Source: Chrysomallon squamiferum
Taxonomy: Eukaryota; Animalia; Mollusca
DNA length: 64,000 bases
Reading direction: 5' to 3'
NCBI GenBank assembly: GCA_012295275.1
Contig: CM022679.1
Coordinates: forward strand, 27,900,001-27,964,000
Position numbers and translations under genes: made by a program. How positions within the stretch are numbered: position 1 is the stretch's first letter; each line of letters opens with the position of its first letter. Shown piece after piece: positions 30,108 through 44,182 of the stretch. The notes under the pieces were generated by a model. That model made no database searches, was not told the origin of the DNA, and worked only from the letters and a program-made list of their open reading frames with translations.

Positions 30108-32699
30108 ATATGCATACGTAATGTTTACCACTCTATGAACAATTTTCCATCTACTTTTTAATTAAACAAAAATGTAATATATATATATATATATTTTATA
30201 CAGATGCATACATTCATACACATATGCGTGTGTGTTTGTGTGTGCATGTGCGTTTGTTTTTCTCTATGTGTGCATGCGTGTGTACTGACTTAGAATTACA
30301 AAAAAGTGCAGTAATATTTTGAATTTAAAAATACACCTAAAAATAAGAGACACCTTTCAGATTTGTTAAATTAAAACTGACACGATCGTCTCGTTTCATA
30401 CATACAGGTTTGTGTGTATATATTTGTATGTATGTGTGCATGTATGTGTATGTGAGTGTGTATGTGTGTGTAAATACATATATATATATATATATTTATA
30501 TAAGATTTTATGTTTGTAAGTATGTATATATATATGTTTGTATGTATGCATATGTGTGTGTATATGTATGTATACTATGGTGATAATTATGTAAAATAAA
30601 ATGTTGTTATAATTAATATGCATTAGAAACTAGTTGTGTTCACTTATAGCAGTTGTGTTTTTGTGTTTCTAAATCAAACTGTAATGGAATTATCAATAAA
30701 CGACTCATGTTACTCGCGAAATTGTGTTTTGTTTTTTGTTTGTTTTTGTGTTTTGTTTTTTGTTTGTTTTTGTGTTTTGTTTTTTGTTTGTTTTTGTGTT
30801 TGTTTGTTTGTTTATGAGGTATGTTACAGACTGATCTTATTTACATATTTATTTGTGATTTATTTTTTGAAATGAAAACAAAAGGTTAGTAATGAATGAT
30901 AAAACGTGATTAAATTTTTTAAATAATTTTATTAAACTGGTAACATGTACTACAAAGATATCGTGTAACGTAATCATTTTGCTGTTTATATACTGAAAAC
31001 GATTCTAATGCAATATACTAGAAATACAATTAAATTAATGCATAACTGATGCCTTTATTCAAAAATATTTTTAACTTTTAATGTAGCCCTCAGTTCGAAT
31101 TGTACGATGATAAAATAATTTTTAAAACAAACAAAAAAGATCATTCTGTTTTGTAAAACCTCTCAGACTACAAATTAATCATAAAAAGAACAACCATTTT
31201 CTAGTACTTTTCTTCTTCTACTTTTATTATTACTACCTCTACTGGTAGTAAAATCTACTGATAATAACAATAATGGTCATGGTAAGGATAGTGATAGTAA
31301 TTGGGATTATAACAGTTATTATTTTTATATTATTATTACAGTTATTTTTTCTTCTTACAAGTCAACAGTGCATTTTGTATGTGTGTAGAGCAAACATGTC
31401 TATCCAGACTGGTAAGGGCAGATAACCTTTGGTTAATCGATAATATTTCCTACAGTTTCACGAAACCAAAGAGACACAGATTTTGGAGTTTTAAACATAA
31501 ATGTTCGTTTTATGTTACCTAATCAGTATAAAGAAGCCATGCTATAGCTAAATCTTTGTTCAGAAAAGAAAACATAATAACAAGGACAGCCAATGAAGAT
31601 GAAGAAATGTGCAGAAGCTACTGAAAATTTAAGTTATGAGAGTCGTTTTGGAACTCACCTAGTCTGAAGGTTGTAAAACACCTTATGAGAATTTCATGAC
31701 CATCTCTTGTAATTTTTGTCGTACAGTGTTTGTCACGGCTTTTGTTCAGCTGATTCATGGAAGGATGCTGATGTTTATTAAAGGAGATTACTGAAGTTAG
31801 AAGAACGTCAGGATCCCTTCATTAATACATAAATTACACCGAAATGAGATCTTTAACAAGAGCACATGACGTCACTTAGTACGAAGTTCATGTTTCCTGA
31901 AGACAAAAGTGAAGTTAAAAGCTATACAGGAAATAGGCGTCTAATAAAATAACAACTTTAGTTATACAAACATCATCAACAGCAGCAACAGCATTAATAG
32001 CAGTAGTGGTAGTAGCAGCATAAGTAATAATAATAATAATAGGATAATAAAGTAGTACACTGATGACAATAAAGAAGAAGGTGATGATATTCTTAATCAT
32101 TACGATAATAGCTGCTAATTACTAATAGATACTTTTCTAAAAATAAATGAACTTGTGTGACTGATAATATTTATATAAAATTTGTTAAAAGATCAGAAAA
32201 TAATCTTTTACTCAGTTCTTCATTTCTTTTTTTTTTTCCACTTCTGTACTTGTCTGAACATGGAACGAATCAAGTCATAGTCAACACAAAGTTCAAATTT
32301 TAAGAGGAAACAAACAACGCTTGGCTCGCTAGATTTTATTTGTTTGGATGACAACGAGCGCAGATGAAGAAGTCAGATTTTAATAACGTCGAGCTATTAC
32401 ATCCAACCAATATCGTCTTGGTGCAAACTGTCTAGCGAGTCAGTATACTCGACACCAAAAGAAACATATCATGTGAATTTTGTTGTTAGATATGTTAGAA
32501 CAAGGAGATAAATTTTCGTGTGTTTAATATGACTGCTTAATAATGTAATATATATTTTTAATGCGTTTAAAAATGATTCGAACGTTGGAAAACAAATGTT
32601 AACTGTGAAATTAGAATACGTCAAAAATAAACAGTCACGTTATAAAATTATACAGTATATGGAAGTAATGTCATATCACAAGAAGTTAGAGTCTACGTT

Positions 32700-33142
32700 A
32701 GTAATGTCAGATTACACAAACTTACAGTGTACATAAATAATGTCAGAATACACAAACTTACAGTCTGCGTATGTAACGTCAGATTACACAAACTTACAGT
32801 GTACATGAATAATGTCAGATTACACAAACTTACAGTGTACATAAATAATGTCAGATTACACGAACATACAGTCTGCGTATGTAACGTCAGATTACACAAA
32901 TTTACAGTGTACATGAATAATGTCAGATTACACAAACTTACAGTGTACATAAATAATGTCAGATTACACGAACATACAGTCTGCGTATGTAACGTCAGAT
33001 TACACAAATTTACAGTGTACATGAATAACGTCAGATTACACAAATTTACAGTGTACATGAATAATGTCAGATTACACAAACTTACAGTGTACATAAATAA
33101 TGTCAGATTACACGAACTTACAGTCTGTGTATGTAACGTCAG
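32700..33142. repeat. 36-bp minisatellite with alternating subtypes, ~12 copies
   Basis: aatgtcagattacacaaacttacagtgtacataaat units. The unit length is a multiple of 3, giving 12-aa repeat ORFs on both strands. Confidence 0.95.
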
Positions 33143-33146
33143 GTCT

Positions 33147-33534
33147 GGGACGGATCCAGTTTTTCTGTTATGAAGGTCCATGACAAAAAGGGCACCACAA
33201 GATAAGGAACCAAACCTGAAAAATGATTCAACTGTTTATGGTAGCACGAGTAATCCACGTGCTGTTCGCGTCGTTTTCAGACAGTCACTGTAGTGAACAT
33301 CATAGCAGTTAGGTTTAGATGACAACATGCCCAAGTATGCCATCTGTGTGCAAGAACAGGGAAAAGCTTATTATATTTAGGATTTTTGGGGGGTATAATT
33401 ACATGTTTTTAAAAAGTAATAATAATTTTCTTTTTTTTTAAAAAAAAAAAAAAAAAAAAAAAGCACCTAAATAAATTTGTACAAAACCTAAAGATCCTAA
33501 ACAAAACGGGCACTTCTCAAATTAGATCCGCCCC
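33147..33534. mobile_element. Putative PIF/Harbinger-like MITE
   Basis: Imperfect TIRs gggacggatcca ... tagatccgcccc (10/12), resembling the GGGGCGGATCC-type termini of common invertebrate MITEs; non-coding interior. Confidence 0.5.
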
Positions 33535-35789
33535 GGCAGATTACATGAACTCACAGTTGTCTACTCATGTTGATGTGAGATTACATGAACTCACATCATT
33601 AAAATCTCACACTGGAATATATTAGAAGAATCAGCTTTTTATCTTTTAAATTAAATTAACTACTGTATCAGTAAGTGTTTATAGAATGAGATACTCCTGT
33701 TGTCACTGTTATTAATCATCACTGAAAATAAAAGTTACATCACTTGATCCTTCCCCCACTCCTTGTCTTAGTGTCTAGTGGAAGTGTTACATACCTTCTG
33801 GTGTCAGTTTACAACGCGAAGTGTATGATGCGTGTTGTCTGACACAGAATTCAGTTCAACACACAAAAACAGTGCATACTTAATTGTAAAACGTTTCTAC
33901 TGGATTGTCAGAGTGCCAGAAAACGTAATGCCCCTAAGTAATATATTTATCAAAGTTTATATGCATAAACAATTTAGTAATAGAAAAGCAGTACATAAAT
34001 TTAGATAACATTGCATTCAACGGCAATAAAAATCAGACCTGTTGATGGGGTGATGCAGTTCAAAAAAAAGAGATTTGTAGTTTAATGATCTGCCATTTAG
34101 AAATATGTAGTGTTCAAATATCTCCCATGTATTTTTCATGAGTATTTCATCTTCGTCGTGTCGCTTTCATCTTTCTACTTTTCAGTCTTCTTTTTTTAGG
34201 ACAAGGCGTGGTGAGGAAATTACAAACTTAGCAAAGAGGGAGCTATGTCTTCAAATACATCAGTGACGTTAAAACGTGTTAAATCAGACTCACGTTTCTA
34301 AATATACATATCTGCCTTCAAACTATGGAACAGTTACAAGCTGAATGTCTTGTCTTTAGGGTAAAGCTAAATAAAACACTTGACGAAAGAATTCCGTTCC
34401 ATACATCAACGTCATAGTCATTCAGCGAAGATGTATCTGTCTGCGCATGCGCGCCCTGTAACATCCTATTCTTACTTCCCTCTGAGCGATACTCGACGTA
34501 ACAAATTATCGCGCAGCACCTAAAGCTGAGTCTAATTGTGGATGACATCTGAACTGACGTAGAGAAAAGTACACCGACTCTGTCACAACGACACAACGCC
34601 TAGAGGCGAGACGACGTAGGGAAAGACACGTTTTGAAGAGTTGCAGCTTAAATATGCATAAACAATTAAATACCATAAATTTAAATAGATATTAAGTTAC
34701 AACAACATCCAAATAGGTCTGCTGCAGTAACTGATTGTCAAATTTTAAATGACATCAAAGACTTTTTCTCCATAGTGGAAATAACTTAATCCAAATAACT
34801 AAACTGAAATACAAATAGATAATTGTTGCTGTACGTAAATTTACAGTTATAACGACATTACAGATTTCTCACACAAAGTCACAGGCTAAAGAGTTTCACA
34901 AACGTTTTGTGTATTACCGCTGACAGATGACAATGAGATTATTATTATTATTATTAATAGTAGTAGTAGTAGTAGTAGTAGAAGTAGTAGTAGTTGTTCT
35001 TGTTATTATTATTATTACTGTTATTATTATTATTATTAAACTGTATTTATAGTCATGTTACTTGGTTCTTATAACTTGTTTTAATGCCACTGTTCTACGT
35101 AACATGAACACATTCAAGTAAACGGACATTTTAATCACTGATAGTCGTAGTTTCAGTAGAACATTTAAAACTGTTGAATAGATAATAAAGCGGTCATACA
35201 TAGAAATTTAATTACAGTGATGTCGCTTATTTAATTAGCCTTTCTCTACAAATTACTAATCCGCTGATTCTGGTTCCATTAACCAACAAACAGCGGAAAT
35301 GAGGTCAGGATGACCTTGAACTACAACTACATACTGTATTATCACATATTATAAAAAGGCGGCAGCTGACCTGCATACATTAGTGACACTAGCTGTGACA
35401 TATCTGGTTATATACAACAACCAATAAAGAAATATACCGTGCAGTGAAATTTTCCTTATGAAAGTGTTTATATAATTATAGCTTCTACTGAATAAACCAT
35501 TTCTAAGTGTAACAAAAGATGTATTTTAAATCGTTTTAAACAATAAAATCAAAGTATGTCGAAAACGAGTTTGCACTACAGGTTTCATTTAGATTACAAC
35601 CTCAGCACACAATGTCGATTATTAGTTTTCAAAAATACTGTAATCATAATGAAGTCAAAATCTCAGTAACGAGAGTTATCTCCTGTCCCGTGCAATGTAT
35701 ATATTAATCGAGTGTGTGTGAAGTAAGCGGAAGCATCTCTATTTCCAGTCCGTAGGTAGGTTTATAGTAATCGGAACTATCCATGGCTA

Positions 35790-37210
35790 TTTGCTACAAA
35801 CAGCGTATAGATTGTAAATATACTCGTACATTACTGTTTACTACAAACAGCGTAAAAACTGTAAATAGACTCGTTTACTACAAAAAGACGTAAAAACTGT
35901 AAATAGACTCGTACACTACTGTTTACTACAAAAAGACGTAAAAACTGTAAATAGACTCGTACACTACTGTTTACTACAAAAGACTACTGTTTAAATACAA
36001 ACTGTTTACTACAAATAGACGTAAAACTGAAATAGACGTTTAAAAAAAAGACGTGTAAATAGACTCGTACACTACTGTTTACTACAAAAAGACGTAAAAA
36101 CTGTAAATAGACTCGTACACTACTGTTTACTACAAATAGACGTAAAAACTGTAAATAGACTCGTACACTACTGTTTACTACAAATAGACGTAAAAACTGT
36201 AAATAGACTCGTACACTACTGTTTACTACTGTTCACTACTGTTTACTACAAATAGACGTAAAAACTGTAAATAGACTCGTACACTACTGTTTACTACAAA
36301 AAACTAAATAGACGAAAAACTGTAAATAGACTCGTACAGACTCGTACTAATGTTTACTACTGTTTACACTACTGTTTACTACAAATAGACGTAAAAGACT
36401 CGTAAATAGTTTACCACTACAAATACGTACACTCAAACTGTTTACTACAAAAGACGTAAATAAACTGTAAATACTGTTTACTACAAATAGACGAAAAAAC
36501 TGTAAATAGACTCGTACACTAATGTTTACTAAAAACTGTTTACTACTGTTTAATAGACGTAAAAACTGTAAACAGACTTTACGTAAATAGACAAAACTGT
36601 TTACTACTGTTTTACACTACTGTTTACTACACTAATGTTTACTACAAATAGACGAAAAAACTGTAAATAGACTCGTACACTAATGTTTACTACTGTTTAC
36701 TACAAATAGACGTAAAAACTGTAAACAGACTCGTACACTACTGTTTACTACTGTTCACTACTGTTTACTACAAATAGACGTAAAAACTGTAAATAGACTC
36801 GTACACTACTGTTTACTACAAAAAGACGTAAAAACTGTAAATAGACTCGTACACTACTGTTTACTACTGTTCACTACTGTTTACTACAAATAGACGTAAA
36901 AACTGTAAATAGACTCGTACACTACTGTTTACTACAAATAGACGAAAAAACTGTAAATAGACTCGTACACTACTGTTTACTACTGTCCACTACTGTTTAC
37001 TACAAATAGACGTAAAAACTGTAAATAGACTCGTACACTACTGTTTACTACAAAAAGACGTAAAAACTGTAAATAGACTCGTACACTACTGTTTACTACA
37101 AATAGACGAAAAAACTGTAAATAGACTCGTACACTACTGTTTACTACTGTTCACTACTGTTTACTACAAATAGACGTAAAAACTGTAAATAGACTCGTAC
37201 ACTACTGTTT
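35790..37210. repeat. 48-bp minisatellite (ctactgtttactacaaatagacgtaaaaactgtaaatagactcgtaca), ~25 copies
   Basis: Tandem units, some with extra ctactgttca subrepeats; scrambled segment at about 35980-36650. Confidence 0.95.
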
Positions 37211-37494
37211 TTTATGAACGAAACTGTTTACCTGTGTTTCTGTTTTTGATATACTGAAGTACACCTGTCACTATAGCTCAGTTCGTAACACAAAAATACT
37301 GCATTAATAAAAATGTACTGATTTGTTTTATTTAAATATAGAATACAAATAAAATATTCCATTAAACCGTATTAAAAACAGCACACAGATTACCAATAAA
37401 ACACACTAGTACAGTGTAATAATAAAATATAGAAATACACAATAATATTTAATAATAACAATAATCAAACACGAAACAAACAGACATACGAGTA

Positions 37495-37865
37495 GGTTGT
37501 ATTAATAAAACATAGAAATGTACAATATAAATAAAGTACGCTGTATTAATAAAACTTATAAATGTACAATATAAATAAAGTACGCTGTATTAATAAAAGA
37601 TATAAATGTATACTATAAATAACAGTACGTTGTATTAATAAAAGATATAAATGTACACTACGCTGTATTAATAAAAGATATAAATGTACACTACAAATAA
37701 CAGTACGTTGTATTAATAAAAGATATAAATGTACACTACAAATAACAGTACGTTGTATTAATAAAAGATATAAATGTACACTATAAATAAAGTAGGTTGT
37801 ATTAATAAAAGATATAAATGTACACTATAAATAAAGTAGGTTGTATTAATAAAAGATATAAACCT
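37495..37865. repeat. ~44-45-bp AT-rich minisatellite (tgtattaataaaagatataaatgtacact...)
   Basis: About 8 tandem units. Confidence 0.9.
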
Positions 37866-38145
37866 ACTATAACAGTACGCTGTGTGAATGATGATACTGA
37901 ATTCATGTTTGATTTTCACTTGACTGGGAATAGGCACGAATTGAAATACGAGAGCCAGTCATTTAAACCGGAAATCAATTTCCTTACAAACAGCTGTAGA
38001 AATCAATTTAATTTCATTCTTTCCGCTTAACAACAACAGCAAAACATCCGCCATAACAACGACGACGACAACAACAGTAACAGTAATACTAATACTTCTA
38101 CTACTACTACTGATAATAATAATAATAATAAAAATAAAATAATAA

Positions 38146-38231
<86 letters not shown>

Positions 38232-41200
38232 TTTATTTTTATTATAATTGTGGTTGTTATTGCTATCGTTGTTATGGTCGTGTTTTTTTTTTTTTGGGGG
38301 GGTATAAATTATTTTTAATATTAAAATTATGTAAAATAAGTGATTTATATGCTTCTCTCGGGATAATTTAACCGAGACCGATATCACAGTACACTAACCT
38401 CACAAATAAAAACTCTCCCCAGTATTAATCGGTGCTGACTTTCAGTCACAAATTAGTTCATGTCAGTATGTCTGAAATCAGTTCTATCATACGCAAACAC
38501 ACAGAAAATTGTCTTTATTTGTTAATTAATATGATGATAATAATGAAAAAAAGAAGAAGAGGTATTCGATAATGAAAAATAACAGCGGAAAAATAAAACT
38601 TAGACGAAGATGAAGAAACTGAAAGACAAGAAGATGACGAAGAATATCTATGAATGTTATTAGAAAAGAGAGATTTTCAAAAAAAAAACACTGATGTTCT
38701 TTTCGTACTTAATGCAAAATAAAATTTTGACGGAGAATACAAAAGGAAGTAAATATTCTCGGATTATGGAAAGAATATATATTTGAATATTTTCTTTTAT
38801 CTGTGTATGTTTTGCTTCTTTTGAGATTTCACTAAAAACACTTTTATAAAAGGTGAAGTAGATTTTACATTGGTAAGCAGACAGTCTACTTTAGTGTTTA
38901 GTTAGAATAAAGATAATAATAAGTTTTGCATTCAAGTAATAACTGTCACGGAAATTAATGAATAAATGTGATATTAGATAAATTAGAGAATGTTAATGTT
39001 AAAAAGCCCTGCTACATTTTAAAACATTATGCTGATATTTGTGCTGATATTTGTGCTCATATTTGTGCTGATATTTGTGCTCACATTTGTGCGTCTTGGC
39101 ACAATTAACACAACTCTCAAATATTAGCTCTATCAGACCACTAGTTTGGGACATTTTGGCCCTCAAATTTGAGAAATTTGTCTAAAAAATCGGCATGACC
39201 AACACCTTTAAGCGCCGATATTGTGGTAACAATGTTATTGGAGTGGCAGTTTAAGAGGAATTCCAAATCTGTTATTATAACCTTGATTTATTGAAGTTAA
39301 AGTCTCGTAACTTTTTGGTCTTTTGTTTGACACTGAAGTTGACCTTTTTGACAAAAATAAAATGAAATGAAATTAAAATATAAACTGAACTAAAACAAAC
39401 CAAATAAAATAATATGAATGAATGAATGAATAAATAAAAATGCTGTATCCTTCATTAATGTCAAAAAGATGACTGGGTGATTCGCTGAAAAGAAATACAG
39501 TAAAAATATATAAAATATATAAATATAAAAAAACAAACAGAGAGAAACAAAAACTGAGACGCACACACTTGGATGAAAAGGGAAAGCTTTGTAACATGAT
39601 GTTAGTTTTTATGTTGTCATAGAGTTGTAATCCACTAACATGAAAACGTGTACTTAGACCCTGGCATCGTGACACACCTATACACAAAGACTCGCTGACT
39701 CAGTGGTTTGATTACAGTGCTGTGTTATGACAAGTTCTGAACACAGGATATTTCTCTTTTCAGTCTGTGACCGGTTTATCAAAGTTCATCATATCTATTT
39801 TCCTTTCTAAGGGAAGGATACAAAAATACTTACTGCTAATCGATTATCACAGATCGATCACTGATTGGCTGTATCAAATTTATAGACCGTTTTCAAATTA
39901 CCGATGTACAGGCCACATCAGATCATCGTAGAATGAGTTCAAATCCAGTTGTAGCATTGTTCATTCTGAACACGACTACAACAACACGTTGTTGATGTGA
40001 AGGAAGTTAGTATTTCAAAACTGCCGCTAGACCAATTTACTTAAATTAAAAGCGTGATAAGCACAAATAAAATACAGTTACGTTTTTTAGAAATAGTTTG
40101 ATTTCTTTCATTCAAAGCATGTGAAAGGTTAGGATTGTTGTAATTGTATTTTTGTCTCAGCTTAGAACGAATAAACTTTGTCTGCAATGAACAATTAAAA
40201 CTGAACGAAACTTCCGGGCATGACATTCATTTGATTGGATGATATATTTAGATTAAGGGAGGCAATTAGTTTTATTCACATATTAAAGAGTGTATCTTTC
40301 CATGAGAAAGAACCGTAACTCCCTATAACAAAAGAGAAAATGTTAAAATGGATAACTAAATTTGGATCTCATGTCTGTATTATTATTATTGCTGCTATAG
40401 TTGATGATGTTTTTGTTGCTATGGTTGTATTGTTAAAATTATTATTTTTATTATTGTAAAAACAATTTCCTTTTGAATTCATTCGTTTATTCCATCAATC
40501 ATATTTTTCTTCAAGACTCTAGCTGTTCTACATGGAAACTGAATTACATTAATGCATATTTAGATCATAAAACCTTTTTCACTCTTGTTTTATTTTTTCA
40601 ATTAAATTTTACGATTATTGTCAGAGTGTTCCAGTTTTACATATAAACACGTTTCTGCTTTCACAAAGTGTTTGTCACACTGCGATGACGTCGGAAGTAA
40701 ACGAGATAAACTCGTCTTGATTACCTGTCGACGTCAGCCATATTGCGTGCGTTTAATGGCAGACGTCATCTCTGTTTATTCGCGTGTGACTTCAGCCACG
40801 ACTGCCGCAGGAAGAAAACAAGATGGTAGATCACGTTATGGATTCCATTAAGCAATAAGAAAGACCAGTCAGCCATTTAAGCTGTGTTCTAGAAGAGGCA
40901 GCGTTCTGTTGTCACCCATAAAGCCGCCATTGTCGCTTCCGTTTCTCCACTGGACTGGTACTTTTATCTAATTATCGACTGACCACTTTATCGATACCGC
41001 TAGAAGTTTCGTTCATATGATATAAATTCAGTTGTCTTCTGAAACTGGAATAATTTAAATAAACAATAAATGTAAATACCCTGTTCAGTGAAAACATCGA
41101 CTTCTGGTAAAAATGAAGATAAATATTATTTATTTATTTATTTATTTATTTATGAGTTGCATATACATATGTATGTGTGCACGTATGTATGTTTATATGT

Positions 41201-43644
41201 ATATTTGTATGTATGTGTGTATGTATGTATGTAAGTAAGTATGTATGTGTGTGTGTGTTTCTTTATCTTTTTTTACAACTATTTAGCTTCTTTCCTGAGT
41301 TTTCTTCCTTCTATCGTTTGAAGACGTTTCTGTGTTTGCATATCTGCTCCGTGTTTCGTTTGACTGCACCGCGGGTTTTTGTATCCAGTCTCTTTACAGT
41401 GTTCAACTGGCAACTCTGGAAGCTGTATTACAATTTCTATTGTCATGTGAAACTGCGCTGGCTCATAACACAGTGTTTGTTTACTACCTTCTGTTGTTTG
41501 AAGACTGACGCGAGTGTTTGAAATAAGAAGTAATTCAACCTTGTACGCGTATCGGTGAATGTTTCATCACTGACGTTGTTCAACAACTGAAATAAAATAG
41601 CGGTAGTAGTTTCTGTTATTGTCTCACGTAAAGTGACTCTGGTATTTCACAGCATCTTTACTTATCCTTTTTCTTTCTTTTTCCATCAATTTAAAAATAA
41701 ATAAGAAAATGAATGAATGGATGGATGAATAAATAAATAAATAAATAAATTAAATATTCAGAAATTTTTCATAAACAGAAATACAGAACATTTCTGTAGC
41801 AGTCAAATGGTTCGGTACAAAAAAACATAACAAACAACAACAACGAATATTGATGATAATGATATAAAATAAACAAATGAAAACGTCTGCTTCTCCCCAC
41901 AGCCGCACTAGAGACATTGATCAGTGGAAGGAGATTTTCTACTCCCTGCCACACAACCCTCTGTTTGTTAACTGCTAATGTTTACAAAGAATGTAAAACA
42001 CCAGACGTTATTGTGATCTGCTAAAATTTGAAAAATAACGAGTCAGTTTTTGTATTGTACTAACACACCTACACAAAACTGTAATAGTAACAGCAACAAC
42101 AACAACTGTATAAAAGCAAAGAAGCTAAAACAGCAGGCCTCTCAACCTTTGCCCCACTCCACCGTCCTTTCTCAAACAACAGTCAGCTTAAAGATTTCTT
42201 CCCTATGTCCCACTCAATCAACCTGATAAATATTTAACAGGTCTTTCCGAGGTGCGATTTCCCGTTTTCCTTTCGTCACCGGTTTTGAAAAAGAAGATGA
42301 TACTGGATGAACCAGAGAAAATGGATGCTGCATTCAATGAACGATACGGCAGTCTAGCACTGAAAAGTCACTTCCGAACTTTACCTACAGCCACAGAACG
42401 GAACAACGAATAAAATAATTTTCATAGGAAGACATTTTTGAAAACAATTCCTTATTTTGTAACTGATTCTTTTTTTAATTATCACAAGGATTGCAGCTCA
42501 GGATCAATCTAATCTTCGAAGGATAAAGCTGATATCTTAACAACTTATCCCCTATGATGTTATATACGTACATATCATACTGAACTATATACTGTTGATT
42601 AAAACAGTATTTTACTTTTAACACACGTGTACTTTTATTAATGTCTCGAGCTGTACGTGACGAGATTTATATCTACTATAAGTAATGTTAGTTATGTGTA
42701 CTGTAAGTAATATAAGTCCTAATAAGTCATATGTACTCTAATTTTCTACTCATTCTCAATACACAAAATCAGTTTAAACATTGGCGGCTGTTTGGTCGTT
42801 CAACTCATTTATATAAATATGTTACATAGCGTGTTTGAGTCACGTCGTCAGTGTTTATTGTAATGAGTGTAACGAAATGAAACGAATAAGTACTCATCTA
42901 GAAACATTTATATATAGGCTAATTGTAGATTTATATCCTCGCTTGAGAGAAAATGTTCGCGAGTGAAACAACAGATCGGGTGAAAGTTCAGCTCAAATGA
43001 GAGAAAACAACTCAAGTGAGAAATAACAGCTGATCAGTCCTCCTGTACGTGTCTTTTTCCCATTCCATCCAGTTTTATGATCTATCTATCTATCCTTCTA
43101 TCCCTCTATCTATCTACCCTTCTATCTCTCTTTCTACCTGTGTATCTATCTATCTATCTATCTTTCTATCTCAATCTGTGTATGCATGCATGTATGTATG
43201 TATGTATAGATGTATCTAGTTATCTATATCTGTAACCGTGTGTAAATCTAAGTGTCTGTTTATCTGTTTTTGTGTTTGTTTGTCTCTTTCTGTACCTCTC
43301 TCTGTTTGTCTGTACATATGTCTGCTGGTGTCTATATAAACATTTCAGTATCTGTATATGTGAATTTGTGTCTCTGTTTGAATCTGTAATTAGTTCAACA
43401 TACTTGTATGTGCTTTGTGTCTATTTCTGCTTGCCAGATATAAGCATATAGTACCTAATACATGAGTTATGTGTGGAAAATACTATTTATGCATACAAAA
43501 ACACACTTAGATGGATAGATAAATAGACTGACTGATATACATATAAAGTGCCAGGTTTCCCACGTAAAAATGACGAAAGACAAAGAACGGCGTGCTTCGT
43601 GGGAAGCGATGATTACCTCGGTTATTGAGCAGCTCTTTTCAGAT

Positions 43645-43820
43645 TGTCTCGGTGGCCAAACGGTAACATCGTACGCCTTCGGAGTGCGGGCGAATGTGTG
43701 CCATACGTTCGAGTCTCGTCAGCGGCATCTGACGGGTTTGTGAGGTCGTGACTGGACTTTGTCCTCCTCCGCCAGTGCTTTCCCGAATATTGTCTATGTA
43801 CAGACAAATTGAAATAAACT
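43645..43820 (+). mobile_element. tRNA-derived SINE-like element / tRNA pseudogene with Pol III internal promoter
   Basis: A-box-like TGGCCAAACGG (43653-43663) and B-box GTTCGAGTC (43707-43715) at tRNA-like spacing. GC-rich island with an imperfect cloverleaf, followed by a ~90-bp body ending in gaaataaa. Confidence 0.6.
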
Positions 43821-44182
43821 TAGACAACTCGTCTTTAATTATAAACCTAACAGCAGTGAACTGAAGTAAACTTAGACAACTCGTCTTTAATTATAAACCT
43901 AACAGCAGTGAACTGAAGTAAACTTAGATAACTCATATTTAATTATAAACCTAACAGCAGTGAACTGAAGTAAACTTAGATAACTCATATTTAATTATAA
44001 ACCTAACAGCAGTGAACTGAAGTAAACTTAGATAACTCATATTTAATTATAAACCTAACAGCAGTGAACTGAAGTAAACTTAGATAACTCATATTTAATT
44101 ATAAACCTAACAGCAGTGAACTGAAGTAAACTTAGATAACTCATCTTTAATTTTAAGTCTAACAGCAGTGAATTGAAGTATA
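43814..44182. repeat. 52-bp minisatellite, ~7 copies
   Basis: taaacttagataactcatatttaattataaacctaacagcagtgaactgaag units. Confidence 0.95.

Noticed and set aside
32693-33181. 148/162-aa repeat ORFs on both strands
   Set aside because: By-product of a 36-bp minisatellite; no splice or signal context.
43645-43727. Functional tRNA gene
   Set aside because: Acceptor, anticodon and T stems are imperfect and no oligo-T terminator follows; treated as SINE-like or pseudo.
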